A DNA stretch of 64,000 nt from Erysipelotrichales bacterium (GCA_022508565.1 JAFLUY010000008.1:9325-73324); one strand, 5' to 3'; counted from the first letter of the stretch, positions 1 to 9,022 are shown. The notes: generated by a model from the sequence alone, not told the origin. Program-made: numbers and translations.

Positions 1-342
1 ATTGGTACTTCTCTTGGAGGTTTTATGACTTTGAAAATCAACAATCCTAAAGTTTCGAAAATTGTTATCAATCCAGTTTTTGATCCTTTCGAAGATCTTG
101 CTGAAATAGATGCACCTAAAGATATTTATGAATCATATAGAAATAAATCTATATATAATCAAAGCTTTAATGATTCAAATTTAATTGGAATTTTTGGAGA
201 TAAAGATATTCTTGTTAACTATAGAGAAGATTTCAAAACATTTTTTCCTGGAAGAGAAGTTGTTGAAGTTTCAGAAATGGAACATCAGATTAAATCTGAA
301 GAAATAGAAAAGATCTTGGTAAAAATTATCAATAAATTTTGA
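1..342 (+). CDS. YqiA-like alpha/beta-hydrolase esterase, C-terminal part (5' end outside window)
   Basis: Frame 1 is open from nt 1 and reads IGTSLGGFMTLKINNPKVSKIVINPVFDPFEDL. This has the GxSxG nucleophile elbow and resembles E. coli YqiA (GSSLGGYY...VVNPAVRPFELL, recalled from memory). A late His (EMEH) is present. Paralog at 18619..19263. Confidence 0.6.
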   Translation: MGTSLGGFMTLKINNPKVSKIVINPVFDPFEDLAEIDAPKDIYESYRNKSIYNQSFNDSNLIGIFGDKDILVNYREDFKTFFPGREVVEVSEMEHQIKSEEIEKILVKIINKF

Positions 343-403
343 AAATTTTCAGATTTTTTCTATTTTATGTATGTAAAAATAAACAATCAAAAATATCAAA
401 ATC

Positions 404-1285
404 ATGAAAAAGAATAGAATTTCAACAATCATCTCCGAATACCGCAAAAATAATCCCGAAAAGAATCAGTTCGCTATTCTTACGAATGCGCAAATTCACA
501 CAAAAATCTATGGAGAAGATTCATGCTTCCTCGTTTCAAAATGCTATAAAAGCCACGCTTACGATGACTATTGCGATTTCACATACTACTCAAATGTGAC
601 TGGAGAATATTTTACAGACAATTGGAGCACCGCTTATGGCTGCCCAAATTACGACAAATATATCACTTCTAAAAGCTTTTCCGAAGCAGTTGAACTTGGT
701 CTTATTGATATCGACATCTATAATTCTCAATTCAATATCGATATTGATTTCATTAAGACACGGAAATTCAATTATCAATATGTCAAAGGTACTCACCCAA
801 GAGTAAAAGTTATCAAAGGTAGAAAAGTTAAAAAAGGTACCACTGGAATGTTCCTCGGAATTATTCACGAACCTAATTATCTTGCTTGGAAAGGTAACAA
901 TGATGTAGCTATCATTTATACCAATGAAAATAAAATCGAAAAGGTCAATCCATATTACCTCGAATACGATACAGAATTTTCAAATGATCTCTACGAATTC
1001 ACTAAAAATATACTTGATGAAGAGATGAAAGTTACGAATAGACTTCGTAAATTTGACTTCAACAAAATTGTTAAAGAATATTTCGAACTTTCTGAAAATA
1101 TCGAAGCTTACAAAAAAGCTAAAGAAGCTCTCGAAGAATGGAACAAAAACGAAGAAATCCGTAAATATTACCCTTCAGAAAAACTTATCGCATGGGTAAA
1201 AGAAAAATTTCCCGAACTTAATGATGACGAAGTTATCGAAAAAGGCATTTATATCAATAAGAAGAACGGAAACATTAATCGATAG
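404..1285 (+). CDS. hypothetical protein
   Basis: 293-aa ORF with protein-like composition and more C-ending codons than its neighbours. Composite TTCTATTTT-N5-TGTAAAAA motif lies upstream. Confidence 0.65.
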   Translation: MKKNRISTIISEYRKNNPEKNQFAILTNAQIHTKIYGEDSCFLVSKCYKSHAYDDYCDFTYYSNVTGEYFTDNWSTAYGCPNYDKYITSKSFSEAVELGLIDIDIYNSQFNIDIDFIKTRKFNYQYVKGTHPRVKVIKGRKVKKGTTGMFLGIIHEPNYLAWKGNNDVAIIYTNENKIEKVNPYYLEYDTEFSNDLYEFTKNILDEEMKVTNRLRKFDFNKIVKEYFELSENIEAYKKAKEALEEWNKNEEIRKYYPSEKLIAWVKEKFPELNDDEVIEKGIYINKKNGNINR

Positions 1286-1339
1286 TTTGAATTTTTATTT
1301 TAAATTTTAATTAATACAAAACAATAAAAATCAAAAATT

Positions 1340-1900
1340 ATGAGAACTATTAGCAAAACAACTCTTAATGTAACAAACATGAGCCAAGCTTGTCTTTTTG
1401 AAATGGAAGTTTCTGGACAAATATCAGACGGAAAATGGGAAAATGCTAGACCTTATAATCATTGGGAATGGGTATGCAATACTGAAATGGTTATTTCTGA
1501 TGAGAATTCATATTCAGGAGTTTTTCGTACTAAAAAATATAATATTAAAAATCTTTTTAATGAATTTATGAAACTTGTTGAAGATGATGAATTTCCTTGG
1601 CCTATGCGAATGTATCACTATGCTAAATTCGGTACCATTCTTGACAAGAAATATATTAATGATCTTAATAATATGAGAAGTTTCATTGAAGAAATTGGTT
1701 ATCATGAAGAAATAAATACTTTGGAAGACCTTAAAACAAATCTTCCTGAATATCTTAAAGGATATTGGAAAAATGAATATGATGAAATTTTCTCAACTGA
1801 AAATATTCAGAAATTTAGAAATTCAGAGTATTCTATTAAAGATATGAAGAAAGATCTAAAAGCGCTCCATCAATCTGTTAATGAATATATAGCTGCATAA
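1340..1900 (+). CDS. hypothetical protein
   Basis: 186-aa ORF, co-oriented and tightly spaced with its neighbours. Confidence 0.6.
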   Translation: MRTISKTTLNVTNMSQACLFEMEVSGQISDGKWENARPYNHWEWVCNTEMVISDENSYSGVFRTKKYNIKNLFNEFMKLVEDDEFPWPMRMYHYAKFGTILDKKYINDLNNMRSFIEEIGYHEEINTLEDLKTNLPEYLKGYWKNEYDEIFSTENIQKFRNSEYSIKDMKKDLKALHQSVNEYIAA

Positions 1901-1904
1901 AAAT

Positions 1905-2324
1905 ATGGAAACATATATCAAAACAATAATTGAATATCGGGAGATTAAAAATGAGCTTGAAAAGATAGTAAATCAATGGGCTAAAGTTGAAAACAAAGTA
2001 GGTTTAGATAATTGGAATGATCTAAAAGTCACAGATATATCTTATAATGATTGTGAATTTATTGCTACCGTACTTGAAACTAATAATGAATATGGTTATT
2101 TCACTTATTATGTTCCAAAAGATATATTGTATGATAATAAAGCAATAAAAAAATGGATTAAAGATAAAGTTTATCAAAAAATAATTGGAGATAATAGATT
2201 TAATATTGAACTAATTGATGATAAAGAAATCGAGATAGAAAATCTTAAGAAAGAAATTGAAGAGCTTAAAAAATCTCATATAGATATTGACAATGTAAAT
2301 TGGGAAGAAGTTTTTGATTTTTAA
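1905..2324 (+). CDS. hypothetical protein (C-terminal coiled-coil-like)
   Basis: 139-aa ORF starting 4 nt after the preceding stop and followed by a terminator. Confidence 0.6.
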   Translation: METYIKTIIEYREIKNELEKIVNQWAKVENKVGLDNWNDLKVTDISYNDCEFIATVLETNNEYGYFTYYVPKDILYDNKAIKKWIKDKVYQKIIGDNRFNIELIDDKEIEIENLKKEIEELKKSHIDIDNVNWEEVFDF

Positions 2325-2337
2325 TTGTTTTTGCTTG

Positions 2338-2372
2338 AAAAGATTCTCTAGAGATAGGGAATCTTTTTTGTT
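2338..2372 (+). terminator. rho-independent terminator
   Basis: 9-bp stem aaaagattc (2338-2346) / gaatctttt (2359-2367), 12-nt loop, then a T-run. Confidence 0.6.
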
Positions 2373-2441
2373 CAAAAAAAGTTGAAATATAAAATCTATT
2401 TTTATATATAAATAAAAACACGTTTAACAATCTTTAAAGAT

Positions 2442-2690
2442 ATGAAAACTTTAGCAGATTTTGTAAATGAAAAACAAAATGAGGTTGATGAAGAAATAGT
2501 AATCAATATAACAAACGAAATAACTGATATTATTGATGATATTGCTAAACGTCATTCACCTGAAACTATACAGCAAATAATTGAAGATGTTTTGGCGAGA
2601 TATATAACTGCTGATCCTGGTGTTTCTAATGATACATCTATTGCTGTAGGAGATGCAGTATTAAATATATATGATGAATATTTAAAATGA
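2442..2690 (+). CDS. small acidic protein with CTS-like N-terminus (MKTLADFVNE)
   Basis: 82-aa ORF. The N-terminal decapeptide fits M-K-[ST]-L-x-x-F-[IV]-x-E. Confidence 0.6.
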   Translation: MKTLADFVNEKQNEVDEEIVINITNEITDIIDDIAKRHSPETIQQIIEDVLARYITADPGVSNDTSIAVGDAVLNIYDEYLK

Positions 2691-3337
2691 AAACCTTAAT
2701 GGAATTTATTCATGAATCATTAGAACACCAGCAGTTCATTACTGAACATTTTGTAAATGTTTTCAAAAAAGAAGATATGAAGAAATATGGTGATGAAGTT
2801 TGGAAGATGCTTCAAGATGCATATAAATATTGCGGTGGTGTTGCTGGAGCAAAATCTATTGATGATATTATCGATGACACAGATATGTGGAAAATGGTTC
2901 GCCGCAATGGTAAATTAACAGCATTTAAAGCATATAAGCTAGTCAATGGCGGTCGAAAAGCTAATTGTGCTGCAACCGATAGAACAGATCAAGGCATTGC
3001 TGATATGAAGAAGATTTATCAAGAAGATGGACTTCTTAAAGATCGTAAAGCTTATGCAGAAGTTTCAGGTAAAGCTTTATCAACTTGTCTTAACCAAGGA
3101 AATATTCCCGTTCCTGCTATAGTTGCTAAAGAAATTCTTCAGAAAGATCTTACTCCATGTGAAGATGGCTGGTTCTATACTAGAAAACTTGGAGATGGAA
3201 ATATGCATCATAAGCTTCTTGTTGGCAATCCTCCCGGAGTAGATAAGCAAGAAGAACCTTCACCTGAACTTGTCAAGCAACTTAAAGATCTAGCAAGAAA
3301 ATATCATGAAGAAGATGAGAAAAATAAAAAGAAATAA
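2687..3337 (+). CDS. hypothetical protein with CTS-like N-terminus (MKTLMEFIHE)
   Basis: 216-aa ORF with an ATGA start/stop overlap with the upstream gene. The C-terminus is lysine-rich. Confidence 0.65.
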   Translation: MKTLMEFIHESLEHQQFITEHFVNVFKKEDMKKYGDEVWKMLQDAYKYCGGVAGAKSIDDIIDDTDMWKMVRRNGKLTAFKAYKLVNGGRKANCAATDRTDQGIADMKKIYQEDGLLKDRKAYAEVSGKALSTCLNQGNIPVPAIVAKEILQKDLTPCEDGWFYTRKLGDGNMHHKLLVGNPPGVDKQEEPSPELVKQLKDLARKYHEEDEKNKKK

Positions 3338-3352
3338 TTTTTATAATATATT

Positions 3353-3817
3353 ATGAAAAGTTTAGTTGAATATATAAAAGAATCAATGTCATGCCCGATT
3401 TGTGATTTTGTTAAAAAATACCAAAAGACAATTTATGCCAAACGCGATACTTGGGGCAGAGTTGTTTCTAAAAATGATTTTGATAATCTTTGGGAATTGA
3501 AAGACGATGGATCTTTCTGGAGAGAAGTTGGAGGCAAGAAAATAGATAAATCTGGAGCAAAACTTAATGGCCCATGGGTAAAATTCTATTTAGAAGATGA
3601 TGAAGATCCAACAATCGAAATCTATCTCGATTTAGAATTTGATGCCGAAGATTGGGATTCTAATGGCGTTCAAATTAGTTTTGTTGATGGTGATAAAAAC
3701 GGAACCGTTGGTCCTATCTTTGTAAAATCAAACGAAAAAGAATTATATGGATCTGAAATAGCATATGAAATTTCTAAAGATTATGCTCAAGAAATTTACG
3801 ACAATATTGTAAAATAA
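3353..3817 (+). CDS. hypothetical protein with CTS-like N-terminus (MKSLVEYIKE)
   Basis: 154-aa ORF. Confidence 0.65.
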   Translation: MKSLVEYIKESMSCPICDFVKKYQKTIYAKRDTWGRVVSKNDFDNLWELKDDGSFWREVGGKKIDKSGAKLNGPWVKFYLEDDEDPTIEIYLDLEFDAEDWDSNGVQISFVDGDKNGTVGPIFVKSNEKELYGSEIAYEISKDYAQEIYDNIVK

Positions 3818-3823
3818 ATTATT

Positions 3824-4213
3824 ATGGAACGTTATTCTCATAATACGATGTCGTATCTCAAACCTAGAAAGTGGTGGATGCGATTGATAAAAATTATGAG
3901 TAAATGTCAAAAGAATTCTATTGAAGAACAATATAAAAATGGAATAAGACAATTTGATCTTAGAATCGCATTTATTTTAAATAAAGATAAAATTCATGAG
4001 CCTATTTTTTGTCACGGAATAATAGAATTTAGAGATTCTAATATAGAAAATATATTAAAGTTTCTTAGCTCTAAAAATGATGCATATTGTAGAATTATTT
4101 TAGAAAAAGGAGATGATACTTCTAAATATTTTTTTGAACTATATGTCACTCAGTGGTTGAAAGAATTTCCTACTCTTAAAATTATTCAAATAATATCTAA
4201 AAAAGAAAAATAA
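3824..4213 (+). CDS. short PLC-like phosphodiesterase (PI-PLC X-domain-like) fragment or mini-protein
   Basis: SHNTMSY near the N-terminus and GIRQFDLRI...CHG resemble the catalytic-His and G[IV]RxxD[IL]R motifs of PI-PLC/GDPD TIM-barrel enzymes. At 129 aa it is too short for a full barrel. Confidence 0.35.
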   Translation: MERYSHNTMSYLKPRKWWMRLIKIMSKCQKNSIEEQYKNGIRQFDLRIAFILNKDKIHEPIFCHGIIEFRDSNIENILKFLSSKNDAYCRIILEKGDDTSKYFFELYVTQWLKEFPTLKIIQIISKKEK

Positions 4214-4228
4214 CTATAATATAATAAA

Positions 4229-4582
4229 ATGAAAAGTTTAATTGAATTTATTCGTGAGCATAATCTTAATGAATCTAAACGTACTGAAATACGTATAGAA
4301 GTTAATGATATAAAAGGCTCTGAAGATTTTTTAAGTAAATTGAAATCTTCTTTAGATTCAAAAGATATCTATAATGAAAAAATCGATAGTGGATTAAAAT
4401 TTGCTATCCAAGGAGACAATAAAGAAAAGTATCAAGATGCTTTAGATATTCTTAAAGGATGGGAAGAAGGTAAAGAAAAACTCGAAGGTCCTATTACTGA
4501 ACTTGAAGCCTGGATTACTGAGGAACCAGAAGAAAATGAAGAAGATTTAGGAGAAGATGAACCTGATGATGAAGATGAATAA
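4229..4582 (+). CDS. acidic protein with CTS-like N-terminus (MKSLIEFIRE)
   Basis: 117-aa ORF with a poly-acidic C-terminus (EEPEENEEDLGEDEPDDEDE). Confidence 0.65.
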   Translation: MKSLIEFIREHNLNESKRTEIRIEVNDIKGSEDFLSKLKSSLDSKDIYNEKIDSGLKFAIQGDNKEKYQDALDILKGWEEGKEKLEGPITELEAWITEEPEENEEDLGEDEPDDEDE

Positions 4583-4615
4583 TTTTTAATTTTATTATTT
4601 TATAATTCATGTGAT

Positions 4616-4652
4616 GGATAACTTAAAAAAATAAGTTGTCCATTTCTATTTT
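4616..4652 (+). terminator. rho-independent terminator (weak T-tract)
   Basis: Stem ggataactt (4616-4624) / aagttgtcc (4633-4641) with one G-U pair, followed by atttctatttt. Confidence 0.45.
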
Positions 4653-4670
4653 ATAAAAAATATAATAAAT

Positions 4671-5699
4671 ATGAATAATTCTTTTGGAAATATTTATAGG
4701 CTTACAACATTTGGAGAAAGTCATGGCCCTGCTATAGGAGGAATTATTGATGGGATTCCTTCTAATTTAGATATAAATATCGAAAAAATTCAATTAGCAT
4801 TAAATAAAAGAAAGCCAGGACAATCTTCACTATCAACTCCACGTAAAGAAAATGATATCGTAGAAATCCTTTCCGGTATTTACAAAAATAAAACATTAGG
4901 TTCCCCAATTGGATTTATCATTCGTAATCATGATATTAAGTCGAATGATTATGATGAAAACATATATCGTCCGTCTCATGGAGATTTTACTTATGAAGCA
5001 AAATATAAAATAAGAGATTATCGAGGAGGAGGTAGAGCGAGTGCCAGAGAAACCGCTTGTCGGATTGTTGCAGGAGAGATCGCAAAACAAATATTAAATC
5101 AAATAGCAAAAATAAATGTTTATACTTGTATTTCTCAAATCGGAAATATTAAAATAAATGAAAATTCTGATAATGAAATATTTAAAAAAGAAATAGAAGA
5201 CGAAATATTAAAGGTTAAAAAAACAGGAGATAGTATTGGAGGTAAAATTTCATGTATTATTGATTGTCCTGTTGGTCTTGGCGAACCAGTATATAATAAA
5301 TTACAAAGTGAATTATCTTCAGCAATGTTTTCTATTCCTGGAGTCAAAGGTTTTGAATATGGGTTAGGATTCGATTTTTGTAATAAAAAGGGATCTGAAG
5401 TAAATGATGAATTTTATTCAGATGGAATTAATATATTTACTAAATCAAATAATTCAGGAGGAATACAAGGAGGTATAAGTAATGGGCAACCGATATATTT
5501 TAATGTGGCATTTAAACCTACTCCTTCGATTTCTATAGAACAATCAACAATTGATAAAGATTTAAATAATATACATACTAAAATTAAAGGAAGACATGAT
5601 CCTTGTATCGTACCTAGAGCTCTTTATGTAGTAGAAGCAATGACCTATATAGTTATGCTCGACCAAATTATGATGAATCGATCAAAATCATTTTATTAA
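4671..5699 (+). CDS. aroC: chorismate synthase
   Basis: FGESHG, RPSHGD, GGGRASARETACR and GGISNG motifs. 342 aa is typical for AroC. Confidence 0.9.
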   Translation: MNNSFGNIYRLTTFGESHGPAIGGIIDGIPSNLDINIEKIQLALNKRKPGQSSLSTPRKENDIVEILSGIYKNKTLGSPIGFIIRNHDIKSNDYDENIYRPSHGDFTYEAKYKIRDYRGGGRASARETACRIVAGEIAKQILNQIAKINVYTCISQIGNIKINENSDNEIFKKEIEDEILKVKKTGDSIGGKISCIIDCPVGLGEPVYNKLQSELSSAMFSIPGVKGFEYGLGFDFCNKKGSEVNDEFYSDGINIFTKSNNSGGIQGGISNGQPIYFNVAFKPTPSISIEQSTIDKDLNNIHTKIKGRHDPCIVPRALYVVEAMTYIVMLDQIMMNRSKSFY

Positions 5700-5727
5700 A
5701 AAGAAATTAATTAAAATACAAAATAAT

Positions 5728-6138
5728 ATGAGAAAGAAAACATACTTAGACACTCGTTTGGTACATGTTTACCAAAATGATAAAATAACAGTTGCTAAAT
5801 GTCACTGCTATATTAATCTCGATCAACTACCTGTAGATAGAGTATCTCTACAAGGAGTTATTTTAAAATATTTTCCAATGATTGATTTTAATGGAGAATT
5901 TGATGTAGTAGGAAAATCACGGCGTAATGCCGAAGACGAATTTGATACTAATATTGGTTTATATCTAGCAGAATCTAAAGCTCAACAAAAAGCTTATGAT
6001 ATTGCAAATAAATTCTACGCTAAGATTAAAACAATTATTTTAGATAGTTTAAATGAAGTAGAACTTTTAGAACGAAATACAAAATCTTGTAAAGAACATT
6101 GTAGAGAACATATTGTTGAATTGGGAAAAATTAATTAA
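5728..6138 (+). CDS. hypothetical protein
   Basis: 136-aa ORF, last gene of the plus-strand block. Confidence 0.55.
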   Translation: MRKKTYLDTRLVHVYQNDKITVAKCHCYINLDQLPVDRVSLQGVILKYFPMIDFNGEFDVVGKSRRNAEDEFDTNIGLYLAESKAQQKAYDIANKFYAKIKTIILDSLNEVELLERNTKSCKEHCREHIVELGKIN

Positions 6139-6250
6139 AAATATCAAATACGTGACCCCTAAGAGCGATTATTTTTTGTGTAATATATTTTATTATTTTA
6201 ATAATTAATCTCTAATAGGGGCTATCTATGTAATTGTGGGAAGTACCTAA

Positions 6251-6290
6251 AATAAAAAGAGTAGATGATTATCATCTACTCTTTCAGTTA
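6251..6290. terminator. bidirectional terminator between convergent genes
   Basis: Perfect 13-bp stem aaagagtagatga (6256-6268) / tcatctactcttt (6272-6284) with a 3-nt loop. An A-run lies 5' and a T-run 3'. Confidence 0.7.
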
Positions 6291-6309
6291 TTATAAAAAT
6301 TATAAAATA

Positions 6310-7581
6310 TTAATCTTCTAATAAAGAAAGCTCTTTTGCAATACCATTGAGCATTGCGATTTTTACAGGATCATTTTTATATTCTTCTGCAAGCATAGCA
6401 ATTTTCTCACGACGAGAAGCTATTTTTGCTTTTTTAGAAACTTCTAATTGCTCTTTAATAGATTCGTAAGAATTAGGATCTACTCTTTTTGCGTCTTCGT
6501 TAATTCGATTTTCATAGATCGAAGAAAGATTAAGATTAGTAACTTTCTTGATATTTGCTAAAGCTTCATTCATATATTCAAAATTAGTTGAAGAAGTTCC
6601 ACATTGAGCAGATTTATACACAGTAACATTTACATTATCTTTTGCTTCAATAATAGAAAGAACATCACCAGTAGAAGTTTCGAGAACTTTAGCAGTATCG
6701 ATTTCACAAATATTTTCCATAGCTTCGTAAACTTCACCAATAGAATTTACAGTATTAAGGAAAATAGTTTTTTCATTACCAATAAGAGTTCTAGCAAAAA
6801 CATCTGCATATTCTTTGAATCCTGCTACTGATTCGAAAGTTTGTTTGAAATTACCTGTTTCAAAAGTAATAAGATTTTCAGAAATAGTAAAATGCATGGC
6901 TTTACCATATATTCCATGATTATAAGTATATTCAAGATTTTCTTCTACTTTCTTGAAATTAGGAAGAAGTGAATTGATTCGATTGAATTTCATATCATCA
7001 CAAACTGCTTCTTCTACAACATCATTAGCAAATTTAAAGGTCTTACCTAAGATTGAGAAATAAGTATTTCCTTCATCAATATGTAAATAAGTTACAGGAT
7101 TAGTAAGGGAATAATTTGGAGCATAAGTTTCTTCTACAACATTCGTACGATAAACTTCTTTACAGATTGATCTGAATTCAGGAATATATTGAAGATTTTT
7201 AAGGGCTCCAGCTTTAATATATTGAACAACTTCATTTTCTTTCATTTCTAAAAGTTTTTCAACTTGTCCAACTCCCATCTTAGCAATATAATTATATTGT
7301 GCATTGTTAGAATTAATAGATTCACAAGCACTAGAAAGTTTCCAAGAAATACGATTTTCATTTACATACGTCAATACAGATTCTAAAATAGACATAATAC
7401 CTGTATCGAAAGTGAATTTATTCGCTTCTCTTATGAAACCATTTACTAAACTATAAGATACATCATTTCCAAAAACGTATGCTTTATAGTTCTTTAAAAA
7501 ATTCTTACCTGATTCTGTTACGGCTTCTTGAGAGTTTAATTTTTCACCGAAATTCAGGTTACTAATCAACTTTAGGTTCAT
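6310..7581 (-). CDS. hypothetical protein (possibly abundant; function unrecognised)
   Basis: 423-aa ORF with a helical, charged C-terminus. It is preceded by a 2.4-copy tandem promoter/hairpin-like repeat. Confidence 0.7.
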   Translation of the reverse strand: MNLKLISNLNFGEKLNSQEAVTESGKNFLKNYKAYVFGNDVSYSLVNGFIREANKFTFDTGIMSILESVLTYVNENRISWKLSSACESINSNNAQYNYIAKMGVGQVEKLLEMKENEVVQYIKAGALKNLQYIPEFRSICKEVYRTNVVEETYAPNYSLTNPVTYLHIDEGNTYFSILGKTFKFANDVVEEAVCDDMKFNRINSLLPNFKKVEENLEYTYNHGIYGKAMHFTISENLITFETGNFKQTFESVAGFKEYADVFARTLIGNEKTIFLNTVNSIGEVYEAMENICEIDTAKVLETSTGDVLSIIEAKDNVNVTVYKSAQCGTSSTNFEYMNEALANIKKVTNLNLSSIYENRINEDAKRVDPNSYESIKEQLEVSKKAKIASRREKIAMLAEEYKNDPVKIAMLNGIAKELSLLED

Positions 7582-7583
7582 AA

Positions 7584-7730
7584 TATATTTGGTATGTATT
7601 TATTTATCTTTTTAAATATACCAAAACTCGAAATCTTTGATTTCTCTATATTTGGTATGTATTTATTTATTCTTTTTTAAGTATACCAAAATTTGAAAAC
7701 TCTGTTTTCATTTGGTATGTATTTATTCTT
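7584..7730 (-). repeat. tandem 60-63-bp intergenic repeat (about 2.4 copies) carrying two hairpins per unit
   Basis: Units start at 7584, 7647 and about 7707. Each has TTTGGTAT-N22-ATACCAAA plus a second hairpin, gaaatc/gatttc in unit 1 and gaaaac/gttttc in unit 2 (a compensatory change). Confidence 0.8.
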
Positions 7731-7770
7731 TTTATTTATTCTAATTAATAATAATATCTACTTTATATAA

Positions 7771-8073
7771 TTATTCTTTATCTATTAATGCTTTAGCTTC
7801 TTCTGTAGCCATTCTAGCAAATTCTGTCCAATTATCAAAAATATCATCTTCTGTTATACCGTCAGTTTCATCACCGACAATTACACTCATAAGAAAATCT
7901 AAAAGTTCCGCATCTTCTCCTTTCTTTATTAAATCATTAAAGGCTTTATCTCTTTCAGCGTCATTATCAAAACCATCATTATAAATAATTTCTAATTGTA
8001 CAGGAATTGATTGTGCTAAACGACTTCCTAAATCATTTTTGAATTCTTTAATAAATGTTATTAAACTTTTCAT
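7771..8073 (-). CDS. small acidic protein with CTS-like N-terminus (MKSLITFIKE)
   Basis: 100-aa ORF. Confidence 0.6.
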   Translation of the reverse strand: MKSLITFIKEFKNDLGSRLAQSIPVQLEIIYNDGFDNDAERDKAFNDLIKKGEDAELLDFLMSVIVGDETDGITEDDIFDNWTEFARMATEEAKALIDKE

Positions 8074-8083
8074 CTTTATAAAA

Positions 8084-8368
8084 TTAAATTTTATTTATAA
8101 TTCGATAAAAATCTTCAGTTATCTTTTCTGAAAATTCTTTTATATCTTCGGGAGTCAATCGATGAATATCAGACTTTATTTCAACAGATGTCAATTTTCC
8201 TCTTTGAAATGATAATCCATCTCCATAGATTTCCCCAATAATATTTATAATAATATCTCCTAAACAATTAGTATATTTAAATGGAGATTCTGTAATTAAT
8301 CCCATTTCAGCAGAATATACGCATTCTTCTAAAATTGAATTATATATATCTTTCAATATTGGATTCAT
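8084..8368 (-). CDS. hypothetical protein
   Basis: 94-aa ORF co-oriented with its neighbours. Confidence 0.55.
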   Translation of the reverse strand: MNPILKDIYNSILEECVYSAEMGLITESPFKYTNCLGDIIINIIGEIYGDGLSFQRGKLTSVEIKSDIHRLTPEDIKEFSEKITEDFYRIINKI

Positions 8369-8387
8369 ATCTTATAAATCGTATTTA

Positions 8388-8528
8388 TTATGATCTAATT
8401 AAATTATTTGTTTTCTTTTTCTTTTTTGAATCTTCCGTGATCATGCCTTCATCAACATAAATCCCATCCGCTTCCGCTATGTTATCTTCTATTTGATTTA
8501 TAAATATATTAGTATCTGTAATAATCAT
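8388..8528 (-). CDS. possible small ORF (46 aa), not in the ORF track
   Basis: Hand translation gives MIITDTNIFINQIEDNIAEADGIYVDEGMITEDSKKKKKTNNLIRS*. It fills an otherwise empty gap in a co-oriented gene run. Confidence 0.3.
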   Translation of the reverse strand: MIITDTNIFINQIEDNIAEADGIYVDEGMITEDSKKKKKTNNLIRS

Positions 8529-8540
8529 AAGATTGTTTTA

Positions 8541-8771
8541 TTATTTTATATTTGGATTATTATAATCTTCAGAGGGTGGATAATGCGGCCAAACCTCTGT
8601 ACTTGGAAATTGATAATCTTCTGGAATATTTTGATTCTGTACTCCATCGCTTCCAATAAAAGTACCGTCTTCAATAATTTCTCCGCAATTGATTTCATTT
8701 TGGTTTTCGGAACCATATTCTAAATATATTCCTAATCCTGTACCGTCACAAAAATCTTTATATTCTTCCAT
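8541..8771 (-). CDS. hypothetical acidic protein
   Basis: The 76-aa minus-strand ORF looks protein-like. The overlapping plus-strand ORF 8493..8723 is hydrophobic, low-complexity antisense. Confidence 0.5.
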   Translation of the reverse strand: MEEYKDFCDGTGLGIYLEYGSENQNEINCGEIIEDGTFIGSDGVQNQNIPEDYQFPSTEVWPHYPPSEDYNNPNIK

Positions 8772-8791
8772 AATTATTTATTCTTCCACAA

Positions 8792-9022
8792 TTATTTATT
8801 CTCTTCAATCCATTTACTGATTCCTTCTTTAAGATATTCATGATCTTGTTTAAAAGATTTCATATAAATCCAGTCAAGTAAATCGTATATAGATTTTGAG
8901 ACCACTTCACTATCATCAATGAATTTTAATTTATTAATAAACTTTTCGGCCATTTCTTCCCAAAAATCTTGACTAATCTCCTTATGTCGAGTTTCAGATA
9001 TAATTTGATTTAATGTTTTCAT
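8792..9022 (-). CDS. small protein with CTS-like N-terminus (MKTLNQIISE)
   Basis: 76-aa ORF. Confidence 0.55.
   Translation of the reverse strand: MKTLNQIISETRHKEISQDFWEEMAEKFINKLKFIDDSEVVSKSIYDLLDWIYMKSFKQDHEYLKEGISKWIEENK

Noticed and set aside
7636-7654. Bacteroides-type promoter (TTTG ... TAnnTTTG) read on the plus strand of the 7.6-kb repeat (TATATTTG at 7647-7654 with TTTG at 7636-7639).
   Set aside because: The spacing is about 7 nt rather than the ~19-21 nt of the consensus. The plus-strand orientation would also drive antisense transcription into minus-strand genes.
7584-7730. Tandem repeats at 7584-7730 and 36624-36790 considered as CRISPR arrays.
   Set aside because: Each has only 2-4 copies, the 'spacers' are themselves repeated, the units are imperfect, and no cas genes are present. 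They fit promoter, operator or terminator cassettes better.
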